Origin: a virus
Lineage: Duplodnaviria; Heunggongvirae; Uroviricota; Caudoviricetes
Strand: one strand, 5' to 3'
IMG/VR virus record: IMGVR_UViG_3300035515_000158
Length of the DNA: 63,143 nt
A program made the translations under genes and the position numbers. Every line of letters starts with the position of its first letter. The first letter of the stretch is position 1. The notes under the pieces were generated by a model that was not told where the DNA came from, searched no databases, and was given only the letters and a program-made list of their open reading frames with translations. Of the stretch, positions 9,621-20,517 are shown one piece after another.

Positions 9621-12600
9621 ATGAAATATATAAAAGATGGCAAAGAATACAGTAATCTTATCAATGCGGATGATGTGATAATTACTGATGCCAGTGATAA
9701 CACCCAAGAGAATTTATCGGAGGTGTTAAAAAAACAAACTGAATCTATAAAACTGTTAAAGAGTGGATTAAAATATCTTACCCTTCATGGTGGTATGGGT
9801 GGTTCAGGTTCAGGTTCTGGTAGTTCTTCATCTACAAAAATATCAGCGAATGTAAGTATTTCATATACAGACAGTTCTGGTTTATCACAACAAATATCAG
9901 TAACAAAAAATGTATCTAAGAATATAACTATTAAAGTTGGTACATCTGTAAAGGTAACTGTTGTAGATACTACTGCTGGTAGTGGTTCTATGGAGTCAAA
10001 GAAATTACAATTTTATAGTGATTCAGGTTCAAAAAATGAAACAGTTGAACTTGGAGGACTTGTTTCATCTCGTTCATTTACGGTTACACCTACAACAAAT
10101 GATATATACCACATCTTGATTAATGGTTCATCTTTACAATTTACTTTTAAGGTATTTACACGAAATGTTTCATTAGACACTAAAATCGTAATGGGTGGAA
10201 ATACTTATGTGAGTGGTTCATCAATAACATCAAGAGATGGTATTTTATATTTTGACTTAACAAATTATCAACCGGAAACATTCACAGATACTAAGATAAA
10301 CACAATAACTATATCATCATCTGTATCTAATAAAACATTCATTTGTGTTGATAAAGAAAGTTATACAACCGGAGAGGTAACTATAAATGATGTCATTTAT
10401 GATGGTGTATTTTATATTGAGACTGTCGAAAATAAAGAAACTGGATATGTTGATTATTTAATTTCAGATGGTTCAGAATCAACAACATATCAAGGCGTAT
10501 CATTATCCAGACTTATTGATGATGAAATGTATGGTATTTATAAAATAAAAATTAACTATACATTCAATAATACAGATAATGACTATACCCTGAGTTACAT
10601 TTATAAAGATGACAATGTGTTCGTGTATTTATATTCTGATGATACTCCATTTTATCCAGTTGAACAGAAAGATGTGACAGAATATTATGGACAAAGATAT
10701 GTGAATTATGTGTTACGATTGTATAAGGCCAATGGTGATGCATATGATAAAACATATAATATTAATCTAAAATTCTATAAAGTAACATATGATGAAAATC
10801 AAAATCAGAAACTTGAAGAGTTAAAAAATTATAATAAATCATTCCAATCTGTTACATCAGATACTAATTATGAAAATATTGTAAGTAATATTATATCAAG
10901 TGAAAGTGATACTGCTGAGATAAAGGTTGTTGTATCTGTTGAAGGTGTTGATGCTGAGAAATCATACTTCTTTTATCTTGGATATTATGAAAGTACATCA
11001 TATTTTTATCAAACAGATACATCAACATATTACAATGCCGTTTGTTTTTCAACAGATGCCCAAGATTCAAAATATAATCTGGAAACAATATTGGGGATGA
11101 CAAATGATAATCAAGAGTATAAGGGTGATGAAACAACAACTTGGAAATTGAAAGATTATTTGTTTGGTGATACTTTTGACATTTTTAACTCGACTGATAA
11201 AAATAAATCTTACAAGGGTTTAAATTTAAATAAATTCATTAACACAAACACAGAATATAACAACATTATAGATATTATTGAAGGTGTTGAAAAGGATGGT
11301 AGTGGTAATGATGGATACGACTATATGATAAGCTTCAGTGTTAAATACAACTCTGAGGATTATTCATTATGTATTTTCCAAGTTAATAATGGAAGTACCC
11401 AATACAATTTTTATAAAGACTATGTATCAAAGGTAGAAAAAAGTTCAGAGTCATCAATTAGTGAGTGTACAAATAAATTTTCAATACCAGCTGATGAAAA
11501 GTATCACATGGTCAATATATATGTTAAAGATTGTTATGATATTGGTTCATCATCACATTGTAAAATTGGTACATCAAACCGAGCCATGATATATATTGAT
11601 GGTGTGATGAACACTCAGGTTTTCTCATTCACCAATTTTACAAGTTCAATGACTATAACATTGTGTGAAGGTGATTTTACATTTAATCATCTTGGTATTG
11701 CTTTCTTTAATCCAAAACCAACCGGATTTAAGAGTACCATTGCTGGATTACAGGAAACAGATGAAACTGCGTCTAAGTATTATTTCGCTTGTAAATATTT
11801 TAATGATTTTGATCCTGTTATCCCATCCAATTATTATCAAGTGTGGAACTGGTCAACTGAAAATAATACAAGTTCTGAAAATGCAGGTAAAGAAGGAATA
11901 AAGACTGTATCTATTGTTCCAAAATTTGATGTACCCGGTATGTATAACTCTGGAACATTATTTAACTATTATGGACAGAACAATAAAAATTATATAAATA
12001 AGTTCATTAGAGTAAATCCCACAGTAATATCTTCTTTATTGACAAATTCAAATATGGAAATGTATTGTATTTGTCCGGATAGAGATATTAAAACAAGTGA
12101 TAGTAAAATACTCCACAATTTCATTAAGACATCAATGTTAAAAATTCCTCAAGATTATGATGAGGAACAATTCTTACAAAATAATACTGACGCTCAATTA
12201 ACTTGTGAGGGACAGTTGAAGAAATGGGTTGATGGACAATGGGAAAATGTAATAAGTGATTTTGATTATACTGAAGATAGTAATACAACAAAAGTTATAG
12301 TCCGTTTTAAGTTTAAGTTCCAAGGTTCGTCTACATTGTTGTTTGGAGCTAAAAACTTCTCCGCCGAAACATTGGATTTTTCATTTAGTACAGGTAATGA
12401 CAATATCGTTACTCGAAAGGTTTACTGGAATCCTGATAGTGAGTTATTTAGATACCCAGAAAAAATATTTAACTTAAAGGCGGATATTGTAGACTCATCA
12501 CATTCTAATAATACAGTTATTGGTGCATTTGTGAATAATCATATGACATCACCATATTCAACAGAATCACATAAAGTGAACTCTGCTCTTGTTGGTAAAC

Positions 12601-15600
12601 CTATTATTTTGTTTATAAATAATAACTTTAATCCCAACTACAATAGTTCAACTTCAAGTGGTGATGAGTCAGACCATGAATTATTATTAGGTATATATAA
12701 TCTTAACTTATCTCGTGATTCTGAAATTAATATGGGTTATTCTAATCTCCCATCATACAGTACATCAGAAGATAGTAAAACAGGTGTACAATATGTTGTT
12801 GTAAATGAAACTAATGTTAAACCTTTATTCAATGACTATGCTGTTGCGGAAATACAAGATAACTCAAACTTATATGACTTCTCTCAATATGATCCAGGTA
12901 TATTAAAAAATCAAATGTATGGTGACTTTAAGAATGCACCAAATGGAACAATTTCATATGTGTGGAATAGTTTGTATCCTAAACCACATAACTGGTTAAG
13001 AAGTTATATGGGTAATATTATGTCATATCAAGTGACTGATTATATATATCCTGTAATAGATAAAGATTATATTGTAAAGAATTATACAACACAACTTCTC
13101 AGTGATGATACTTTTACAAATCTTCTTAATGATATGTATATGTATGATTACAATAGTGGTAATCTTATAAAAGTTAAAAGTAAATATAACACTGATGAAT
13201 TATTACAAAATACCTATGTCATAGATGAGGACACTGTAAATCAATTAAGACCTTATCGTAGTATGGTTCAAGAAGGTGAGTATTATTATCCATATATATT
13301 CTCACCAAAATTACAATTCACATTATTATTAAATGTGAATGGTAGTGAATTTAAGACTTCAGGTGGTGTTAGACAATATATTATAAAAGAAGAGTCTTTA
13401 TTAGATTTAAGTGATACTAATGGTGGATATATGTCATCAGAGGGTAATACATCAACTACACATGAAATCTTTGATATAAATTCATCAGTAATGTATTATA
13501 TCATCTGTATGGCTTTCGCGATGGTGGACTCTGTTCAAAAGAATATAACAGTAAAACGTGTTCCAACATCAAGTGGTGTAGGTGTTTGGTATCCAGCTTT
13601 CTACGATATGGACACTGCGTTCGCTCTAACTAACTCATCTGGTGACGTTGATTTCAGAGCATTCTCAGCATATATCTATAATTCTATGATTATAAATGAC
13701 TATGCAGACCCTGATGTTACAGGATGGTTTGATGTTCCTTCTTCATATCTATTCATGTTTGCTAAGTATGCTAAGTTATTAGATAGTTCAATTTCAGATA
13801 ACAGAAATATAAGTAGTGTATATAATGAATGGGTTAACTTGAGAAAGGATGGAACGGATACAACCGCCGCTGGTGATTTAAGTAGTAGTGAATATTTCTG
13901 TAAAAAATATGTTGATAGTTATTTTGGTTGTGTTAATCCATTAATTTGGAATTTGAATTATCACTTTAAGTATTTTAGTTATTCAGAAAATAACTCAGAT
14001 ACATCTTCAACCGCACAGACTGAAATGTCAATGTTTAATGGAGATAGAAAATACTATCGTAAGGATTGGTTAAATGATAGATTACATTTTATAGATGTTT
14101 TGTTTGGTGTAATGAACCTACAAAAAATAGGTCGTCGAAATGATGTATATATAGGTAATAATACAACAACTATTTCATCGGCAGATATTGAAATCCAAAA
14201 TACAATGTTCCCAAGTTTTGTAAAAGGTGCAACATTGGCAAGTGGTGCGAATATTAGGTTCAAAGCGGATCCTAATACTGCATTTGTATTTAAGACAAGT
14301 GGACAACAAACAAGTATTTGGATAACTCCTTCAACTGGTATTCTTGATAAAACTATAACAGTATCAACAAATACAGAGGTTGGTTTTTATGGTTCAAAAA
14401 GAATAACTGAATTTGAAAAAGGTCTTGGATATTTATTATGTAAGGCTAACACTACAAACATGATACAAAATAATCTTATAAAATACATTACTATTGACTG
14501 TGGTAACTCTACAATTCAGGGAGTAAGTCTGAATATATGTGAAACCACACCAGCAGTAAAGGATATTAAGATTTCAACATCATTTACATATGGTGATGTT
14601 AGTATTGGTGGACAGTCAAATAACAAAATAATGTCATATGATACTGTTGACTTGAGTAATTTTTCATGTGATAATTTAATATTTGAAAATTGTACTATCA
14701 AAAATTTATATCTTAATGGTGTAAGTGTATCCTCACAATTACAATTTAATAACTGTACAATTACGAATTTCTATCGTAAAGGAAATGACATTTATTCTTC
14801 TGATACTTTTGGTAGTGTCGGTCCGGGTAAATTATATATGGAAAATTCAAGTATTAAGAACTATGCTGATATTAATGGAAAACCCGGTACATTAAATGAA
14901 ATTGTTTTATATGGTAAATATACATCAATTATCTTAAAAAATGTTGGTAATAGTATCAGTCTTGGAAGTAATCAATATTTGACTGAATTGACAATAACTG
15001 GTTGTGGAACTGGTAATGATAGTTCTTTGACTATACCTTCATTTGGTAAGGTGAGTGTGTGTGATATAACTAACTTAAAATTCGGAACAGTAACATTAGG
15101 TTCTTCTTCTGAAGTTTATTCTGGAACAATAATTGATGACACATTTACATTTAATTTTAATAGTGATGTTGTTAATCCTATGATTTCATTTATTAACTTC
15201 CCAAATGTCGTGACTTTGACTGTCGATGGATATACATACAAAAATGAAATAGATTCTGGAGGATATGTTGGAGTTGTATTTGGTGAATATGGTTTAAGTG
15301 GTGATAAGTCTCTTAAAGAAATTAAATTAAGTCCTAATACAACATATAGTGAAACAACCGCAATAATAGATGATTTATCAATGGTTGGTTCTGTTTCAGG
15401 TGGAAATTATGTTTTCCAAAATTGTGAATCATTTACTGAAGAAACACTTTCCATGATTATAGATAATTTATATTATGAGAAAGCTAACTTCTTGGGTATG
15501 TTCGCAATGAGTACAAAACAGACAGTTGGTAGTCTATATAATTCAACTAATCTAAAAAGAATATTTGAAAAATTTGGTAAGTATTTCGCTGGTAAGACTT

Positions 15601-18600
15601 TAAGTAGTACATTCCAAGGTTGGTATTTGGGAGATAAAGGTATAACTGATGATGATTATACAAATACAGATAATACATCAATGAATAATAAAATAAAATT
15701 CATTGAAGATTGTCTAAGTAAGATAGATAATGGTTCTGAGAATTATGTTGCAAGTTTGGAAGGAACATTCTATAACACAGGTATAAATTTCTTTACAATA
15801 GAAATGGCCAAAAAACAAACAACAAGTAACAACAGATATCCCTATTCTGTGTCTTCATATAACAATTATACTTATATCGAAGGTGCCAGTGCAAGTTCAG
15901 ATGGTATTATTGGTGATAGTTCATTTACAAGATTTACCGATATATCTTTTTCTTACACATCATATAATACACATAGGATGTTCATTAAAAATCTCAGTCC
16001 TAATGAAGATGGTACTGATAAATATATACCTTTACCACAAGTAGAGGATGCCTTAACATATGAAAATGAAAAGGGTATATTAGTAAATGATATTACACCA
16101 ATGCGTCTGTTTGGTCGTGAATATGATACTTGGACTCCAACTGGTGATTATACATATTTCTCATTTGATACTAATACTGATAATCGAGTGATGTTTGATA
16201 TGTCAGCTGGTTTATCATCTCAAATATCAAATATAATAGTTACAACTGGTGGTAATTTCCATTATCGTAGTAATGGTAAAGGTAAACCAACAAGAAAAGA
16301 AGGTAGTGGTAATTATGAAGTTGATGAAAATGGTAAGATAAAATTTGAAGAAACAGATAAACATGGTTTCTATGACATATTTAGAGACATGACTGTTAAA
16401 TATGAAAATAATGTTTTAACAGGAACTAAATTAAGTCAATCGTTAACTGATAGGACACGTTTTGATGATAATACTGATACTGAGGACATTGATATATATA
16501 GATTAATGGTTGATGATTCTGATGAAAATGGTGAATTGAAGTTGAGAGTATTACAGGTTCTTAATGAAACATCTTATAATAATTGTAAAAAGACATTTAC
16601 TTGTAAACATTTTGTAGATTTCTTAAAATTGTTTATTAAATACAATGCGACAACAGGTGTTATACCAAGATTGTTCATGAATACTACAATTACTGATAGA
16701 CCTATATATGTTGATGTTACTGATAATAAAACTGATACATCTAAGTATTACATAAGTATTAGTGAGGATTCAATGAAAACCGATACAGAGTATGAAAGTG
16801 TTGATGAACTTAAAGAAAATATAAGTGAATACTTGCTGTATAAACTATTAGGTAAATTCACAAATTATACAGGTAAGGATGTATATGTAACTAATCTGAG
16901 GGAAACATTTAGTAACTTTAAATATTCGGTTTCAGATTCAGAAACCCCTATCTATATGGATGTATGTAATATCTTTGATATGAAAGATAAGACAATATCT
17001 AATTTATATTCAGCATTTAGTGGTATGAGAATTACACATATCAATAAGATGTTTAATGTTGCTAAGAAGGGAGTTTCAACGATGAGTCGTATGTTCTATA
17101 ATTGTACATATAAACCATTTACTAAAGATGACATTGGTGTAAATATAAAGAAGTTTAGAACATCAGAGTATAATGGAACTTATACATTGGTTAATGATAT
17201 GACACAAGTACAAAATGGTTCAGACTTCTTTACATATAATCAAAGTTGTTATTTATCACCAACATCAGTTATCAAGAATATATTTGATGATGGAGATGAT
17301 TATACTACATTAATCAAATCATATACAGATGATGAGGGTGGAAAACTTCTTGATGATAGTAACTGGAGTAGTGATCCAATAGAAGGTATTTCATATGATT
17401 CAGATACTAAAACATTTATTGTTGATAATACTGAATTACTAAAATATATAAGACCGGGTGTTGAAACGACAACTGAAACAGGTATAAAAAATGGTAATGA
17501 TACATATACTGTAAAAATAGCATCAGACAATTATATATATAGTAATATCTGTAAAGTGTTAGGTGAATCTGAGACATTTGAAAATGATGTTGTTGTAAAG
17601 GGTTATCGTAGTAGTGCTTCTAATTATGGATGGAAATATGTTAAACCACATAGAACAATTTTATATCCATCATATCAAATGATACCGGATGATTTCTTTG
17701 ATGTTTGTGGTTCTGGATGTGTGATTGATGAAATATTTAGTCATTCTACTAAAACAACATCAAATAATCAACGTCTGTGGGGACAATTACCAACTAATAT
17801 TTCAAGTTATGGTTCATCAATGTTCTGTAATTGTGATGTGATACCAACATTTAGAAATTATAAGTTTGATGATAATGTTACTAAGACATATGAGACAAAT
17901 ACAGATGCTAAATTAATAACATCCGGACAATTAGTTTTGGAAGGTGGTGGAGACTCTTTGTATAAGGATAGTATAAAGAATTATAAAGGTTCTGTGATAA
18001 CTATAACATCAACTGGAGAGAATGTAATATCTACAAACACAAAGACATCATTTGATAAGGTTGATGAGTTATCTACATACAAAATGGGTTCTGATGATAC
18101 AATAAGTGTATATATTAAAACTGGTTATAGTAAACTAAATGGTGAATCATTTTATGCTAATGTTCATTGGATAACTGATGATACTGATACAGGTGGTCAT
18201 TGGGAATATAGTGATACGATAGTCAAGATGAGATTGGATAGTTCGGATAACTATTATGAAGATTTGTTTACAGATGTTATGTATGATTATGTCGATGATA
18301 ACTGGAAATGGACATATAATGATTACACTGTTGAAAGAAGAGGATACTTCTTCCCTGATGAATATCTCTTATCAACAAAGGATGGAAGATTTAATAATAA
18401 TATTGTTCTACCTATCAGTGAAGAAAAGGTATATTTATTTAATACATATACAGAAAGTGTTAAATCATTCTCAACATTGCCTACAATAGAATATGACCAA
18501 AATTTTAATGTGTGGAAAACATTTAGTAGAAGTAAATTAAAAGAAATGGGTACATCTACCGATAATAGTTCAACAGAGGGTACAACATCTTTCGTGATAA

Positions 18601-18902
18601 AATTCTGGGCAAGTAAGAGTGATAACATTGGTGAACAGAAGATTAAACATTCAACAACAGAATATATGTCATCATCATGGAATCTGTTTAATGTTGATTA
18701 TTATTCACAATCTATCTTGATTTATTTACTTGAAGTTTCACGTAACTTTATATTGAACTTTAATAATTCTCAGGGTTTCATACCATATCAATCTGGTGAA
18801 GATCTTACTACTATAAATGGTGGTTCTAATGGTTTGGGTACTGTAAATAATGGTTATGGTTTCTCATATACTAATCCAGAAAATTATTGGTATACAAAAT
18901 AA
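9621..18902 (+). CDS. Giant virion-type protein with LamG-like, CotH-kinase-like and LRR/DUF285-like regions
   Basis: 3093 aa; LHGGMGGSGSG linker; QGSST..GAKNF, LKADIVDSSHSNN, GIYNLN, MVDSVQKN, FYDMDT resemble the CotH kinase fold; C-terminal ..SRMFYNC type repeats. Confidence 0.6.
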   Translation: MKYIKDGKEYSNLINADDVIITDASDNTQENLSEVLKKQTESIKLLKSGLKYLTLHGGMGGSGSGSGSSSSTKISANVSISYTDSSGLSQQISVTKNVSKNITIKVGTSVKVTVVDTTAGSGSMESKKLQFYSDSGSKNETVELGGLVSSRSFTVTPTTNDIYHILINGSSLQFTFKVFTRNVSLDTKIVMGGNTYVSGSSITSRDGILYFDLTNYQPETFTDTKINTITISSSVSNKTFICVDKESYTTGEVTINDVIYDGVFYIETVENKETGYVDYLISDGSESTTYQGVSLSRLIDDEMYGIYKIKINYTFNNTDNDYTLSYIYKDDNVFVYLYSDDTPFYPVEQKDVTEYYGQRYVNYVLRLYKANGDAYDKTYNINLKFYKVTYDENQNQKLEELKNYNKSFQSVTSDTNYENIVSNIISSESDTAEIKVVVSVEGVDAEKSYFFYLGYYESTSYFYQTDTSTYYNAVCFSTDAQDSKYNLETILGMTNDNQEYKGDETTTWKLKDYLFGDTFDIFNSTDKNKSYKGLNLNKFINTNTEYNNIIDIIEGVEKDGSGNDGYDYMISFSVKYNSEDYSLCIFQVNNGSTQYNFYKDYVSKVEKSSESSISECTNKFSIPADEKYHMVNIYVKDCYDIGSSSHCKIGTSNRAMIYIDGVMNTQVFSFTNFTSSMTITLCEGDFTFNHLGIAFFNPKPTGFKSTIAGLQETDETASKYYFACKYFNDFDPVIPSNYYQVWNWSTENNTSSENAGKEGIKTVSIVPKFDVPGMYNSGTLFNYYGQNNKNYINKFIRVNPTVISSLLTNSNMEMYCICPDRDIKTSDSKILHNFIKTSMLKIPQDYDEEQFLQNNTDAQLTCEGQLKKWVDGQWENVISDFDYTEDSNTTKVIVRFKFKFQGSSTLLFGAKNFSAETLDFSFSTGNDNIVTRKVYWNPDSELFRYPEKIFNLKADIVDSSHSNNTVIGAFVNNHMTSPYSTESHKVNSALVGKPIILFINNNFNPNYNSSTSSGDESDHELLLGIYNLNLSRDSEINMGYSNLPSYSTSEDSKTGVQYVVVNETNVKPLFNDYAVAEIQDNSNLYDFSQYDPGILKNQMYGDFKNAPNGTISYVWNSLYPKPHNWLRSYMGNIMSYQVTDYIYPVIDKDYIVKNYTTQLLSDDTFTNLLNDMYMYDYNSGNLIKVKSKYNTDELLQNTYVIDEDTVNQLRPYRSMVQEGEYYYPYIFSPKLQFTLLLNVNGSEFKTSGGVRQYIIKEESLLDLSDTNGGYMSSEGNTSTTHEIFDINSSVMYYIICMAFAMVDSVQKNITVKRVPTSSGVGVWYPAFYDMDTAFALTNSSGDVDFRAFSAYIYNSMIINDYADPDVTGWFDVPSSYLFMFAKYAKLLDSSISDNRNISSVYNEWVNLRKDGTDTTAAGDLSSSEYFCKKYVDSYFGCVNPLIWNLNYHFKYFSYSENNSDTSSTAQTEMSMFNGDRKYYRKDWLNDRLHFIDVLFGVMNLQKIGRRNDVYIGNNTTTISSADIEIQNTMFPSFVKGATLASGANIRFKADPNTAFVFKTSGQQTSIWITPSTGILDKTITVSTNTEVGFYGSKRITEFEKGLGYLLCKANTTNMIQNNLIKYITIDCGNSTIQGVSLNICETTPAVKDIKISTSFTYGDVSIGGQSNNKIMSYDTVDLSNFSCDNLIFENCTIKNLYLNGVSVSSQLQFNNCTITNFYRKGNDIYSSDTFGSVGPGKLYMENSSIKNYADINGKPGTLNEIVLYGKYTSIILKNVGNSISLGSNQYLTELTITGCGTGNDSSLTIPSFGKVSVCDITNLKFGTVTLGSSSEVYSGTIIDDTFTFNFNSDVVNPMISFINFPNVVTLTVDGYTYKNEIDSGGYVGVVFGEYGLSGDKSLKEIKLSPNTTYSETTAIIDDLSMVGSVSGGNYVFQNCESFTEETLSMIIDNLYYEKANFLGMFAMSTKQTVGSLYNSTNLKRIFEKFGKYFAGKTLSSTFQGWYLGDKGITDDDYTNTDNTSMNNKIKFIEDCLSKIDNGSENYVASLEGTFYNTGINFFTIEMAKKQTTSNNRYPYSVSSYNNYTYIEGASASSDGIIGDSSFTRFTDISFSYTSYNTHRMFIKNLSPNEDGTDKYIPLPQVEDALTYENEKGILVNDITPMRLFGREYDTWTPTGDYTYFSFDTNTDNRVMFDMSAGLSSQISNIIVTTGGNFHYRSNGKGKPTRKEGSGNYEVDENGKIKFEETDKHGFYDIFRDMTVKYENNVLTGTKLSQSLTDRTRFDDNTDTEDIDIYRLMVDDSDENGELKLRVLQVLNETSYNNCKKTFTCKHFVDFLKLFIKYNATTGVIPRLFMNTTITDRPIYVDVTDNKTDTSKYYISISEDSMKTDTEYESVDELKENISEYLLYKLLGKFTNYTGKDVYVTNLRETFSNFKYSVSDSETPIYMDVCNIFDMKDKTISNLYSAFSGMRITHINKMFNVAKKGVSTMSRMFYNCTYKPFTKDDIGVNIKKFRTSEYNGTYTLVNDMTQVQNGSDFFTYNQSCYLSPTSVIKNIFDDGDDYTTLIKSYTDDEGGKLLDDSNWSSDPIEGISYDSDTKTFIVDNTELLKYIRPGVETTTETGIKNGNDTYTVKIASDNYIYSNICKVLGESETFENDVVVKGYRSSASNYGWKYVKPHRTILYPSYQMIPDDFFDVCGSGCVIDEIFSHSTKTTSNNQRLWGQLPTNISSYGSSMFCNCDVIPTFRNYKFDDNVTKTYETNTDAKLITSGQLVLEGGGDSLYKDSIKNYKGSVITITSTGENVISTNTKTSFDKVDELSTYKMGSDDTISVYIKTGYSKLNGESFYANVHWITDDTDTGGHWEYSDTIVKMRLDSSDNYYEDLFTDVMYDYVDDNWKWTYNDYTVERRGYFFPDEYLLSTKDGRFNNNIVLPISEEKVYLFNTYTESVKSFSTLPTIEYDQNFNVWKTFSRSKLKEMGTSTDNSSTEGTTSFVIKFWASKSDNIGEQKIKHSTTEYMSSSWNLFNVDYYSQSILIYLLEVSRNFILNFNNSQGFIPYQSGEDLTTINGGSNGLGTVNNGYGFSYTNPENYWYTK

Positions 18903-18906
18903 AACA

Positions 18907-18938
18907 AAAGGAGAGGAAATTAAATCCTCTCCTTTTTT
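18907..18938. terminator. Bidirectional intrinsic terminator
   Basis: AAAGGAGAGGA/TCCTCTCCTTT stem between convergent genes. Confidence 0.85.
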
Positions 18939-20433
18939 ATGATATGTGTAATTTTTTTACTTCATATGGAAAACATTGACTTTCATATATCTTTATTCTT
19001 TCTCGTGCATGTCCCATTTCATAACATCCTGAATAAAGGTCATCACTAATGTCATATATGTTTACAAAGTCTTTACCAATATCATTACTCTTTCTCAATC
19101 CACGACCAATACTTTGTAAAATGGTACTGGGTGATTTATAACTATTGACAAAGAAAATATTGAATATGTTGTTAATACTGATACCTGTACTACTTGTTCC
19201 AAAACTGGCGACTAATACAACATCATCATTAACCTCCATACGTTTTCTGATTTCCTCTCTTACTTTCTTATCAATCTGACCATCAATATAGTAAATGATT
19301 TTGGTAGTGTTATCCTTTAACCATTTATATATTTTTTTACCATAATCAATAGTCTGAAATAAAACTAATGTATTTTTATTAGTGGAGGCTATCAATTTGT
19401 TTATGGTTCTAAATCTTTTTTCTGATTCATTAACAAAGGTATTTTCAAGATTAAACATATCTTTACCTTTACCCATTTTTACTAATTCCTTCTTCGCATT
19501 TTTGAAATTAGTTTTTTGGTTTTCAGTTGTATAGTTTAACCTGACCTGTGTTATTTTACAGTTAGATATGTAACCTTCTTCTTGTAATTGATTGGCACTT
19601 ACATTAATAACAATCGGTCCGATATTAGAACAGATAGTCAGACCATCTGCATACATCATTCCGGGTATTGTTCCAGATAAACCAAATCTATATGGAAATT
19701 TACAAGAACTTAGAATCTTAATTTGACTTGAACTTGTTGACAGGTGACACTCATCTACCAATACTACTCCAAATTGATTGAAGAAATCTTGACATTCTTT
19801 ACATAGACTTTGATATGTGCCAATGAAAATGTTCGCATCTTGTTCGGCTTTACACCCAGAAAAGATTTGTTGTATTTTTATGTCTAACTTACCATTATTG
19901 TATTTGTTGAAGTCTGCGGTTGGTTGTATTACCAAGTCAATCTTAGGGACTACCATCATGATTTTATCAACAATTTTGTGGTCTAATAGATATGCGAATA
20001 CAATAAAGGCGATTAATGTTTTACCAGCTGAAGTGGCCAACTGAGCACAACACCTTTTGTATCTTAACATCCTAAAGGCCGCATCTACCTGATAGTATCT
20101 TGGTTTTATAGGATTATCTTTGAAGAAGTTGTCCACCCACTCTGAAAACTCATCATATTCAATTTCATTATCGAGTAAGACTTCAAGATTGGATATTTCA
20201 CAACTAAACCCATATTCATTACAAATATCAAATAAGTATTTATAAGTAGACGCCGGAAGGTGTGAACCATTGCAGAAATAAATATTACCATCCCAACTAC
20301 CATTCTTAAATTTGGGATTAAATCTATATCCCTTAACCTTTTTAGTGTATGATAGTTTTATTTGTTCATACTCTGCACTGGTACACTCATCAATGATTAA
20401 ATATTCCTTAGTATCATCAACGTGTAATCTCAT
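18937..20433 (-). CDS. uvsW: SF2 DNA helicase, T4 UvsW-like
   Basis: RYYQ Q-motif, ATSAGKT, VDECH, GLSGT, QSIGRGLR; 498 aa. Confidence 0.85.
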   Translation of the reverse strand: MRLHVDDTKEYLIIDECTSAEYEQIKLSYTKKVKGYRFNPKFKNGSWDGNIYFCNGSHLPASTYKYLFDICNEYGFSCEISNLEVLLDNEIEYDEFSEWVDNFFKDNPIKPRYYQVDAAFRMLRYKRCCAQLATSAGKTLIAFIVFAYLLDHKIVDKIMMVVPKIDLVIQPTADFNKYNNGKLDIKIQQIFSGCKAEQDANIFIGTYQSLCKECQDFFNQFGVVLVDECHLSTSSSQIKILSSCKFPYRFGLSGTIPGMMYADGLTICSNIGPIVINVSANQLQEEGYISNCKITQVRLNYTTENQKTNFKNAKKELVKMGKGKDMFNLENTFVNESEKRFRTINKLIASTNKNTLVLFQTIDYGKKIYKWLKDNTTKIIYYIDGQIDKKVREEIRKRMEVNDDVVLVASFGTSSTGISINNIFNIFFVNSYKSPSTILQSIGRGLRKSNDIGKDFVNIYDISDDLYSGCYEMGHARERIKIYESQCFPYEVKKLHIS

Positions 20434-20460
20434 TCTTATAAAACAAACTTATTGTATATA

Positions 20461-20473
20461 TAAATATAACAAA
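20461..20473 (-). promoter_or_regulatory. Putative middle-class motif TTTGTTATNTTTA (also - 29401, 36094, 38753, 43453, 45990, 47302, 49416, 57157; + 34391)
   Basis: Ten intergenic copies, always oriented with the downstream gene. Confidence 0.6.
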
Positions 20474-20480
20474 ACAAAGA

Positions 20481-20512
20481 AAAAGTGAAACTGAAAAATA
20501 AGTTTCACTTTT
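20481..20512 (-). terminator. Hairpin between replicase-like gene and uvsW
   Basis: AAAAGTGAAAC/GTTTCACTTTT. Confidence 0.7.
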
Positions 20513-20517
20513 AATAT

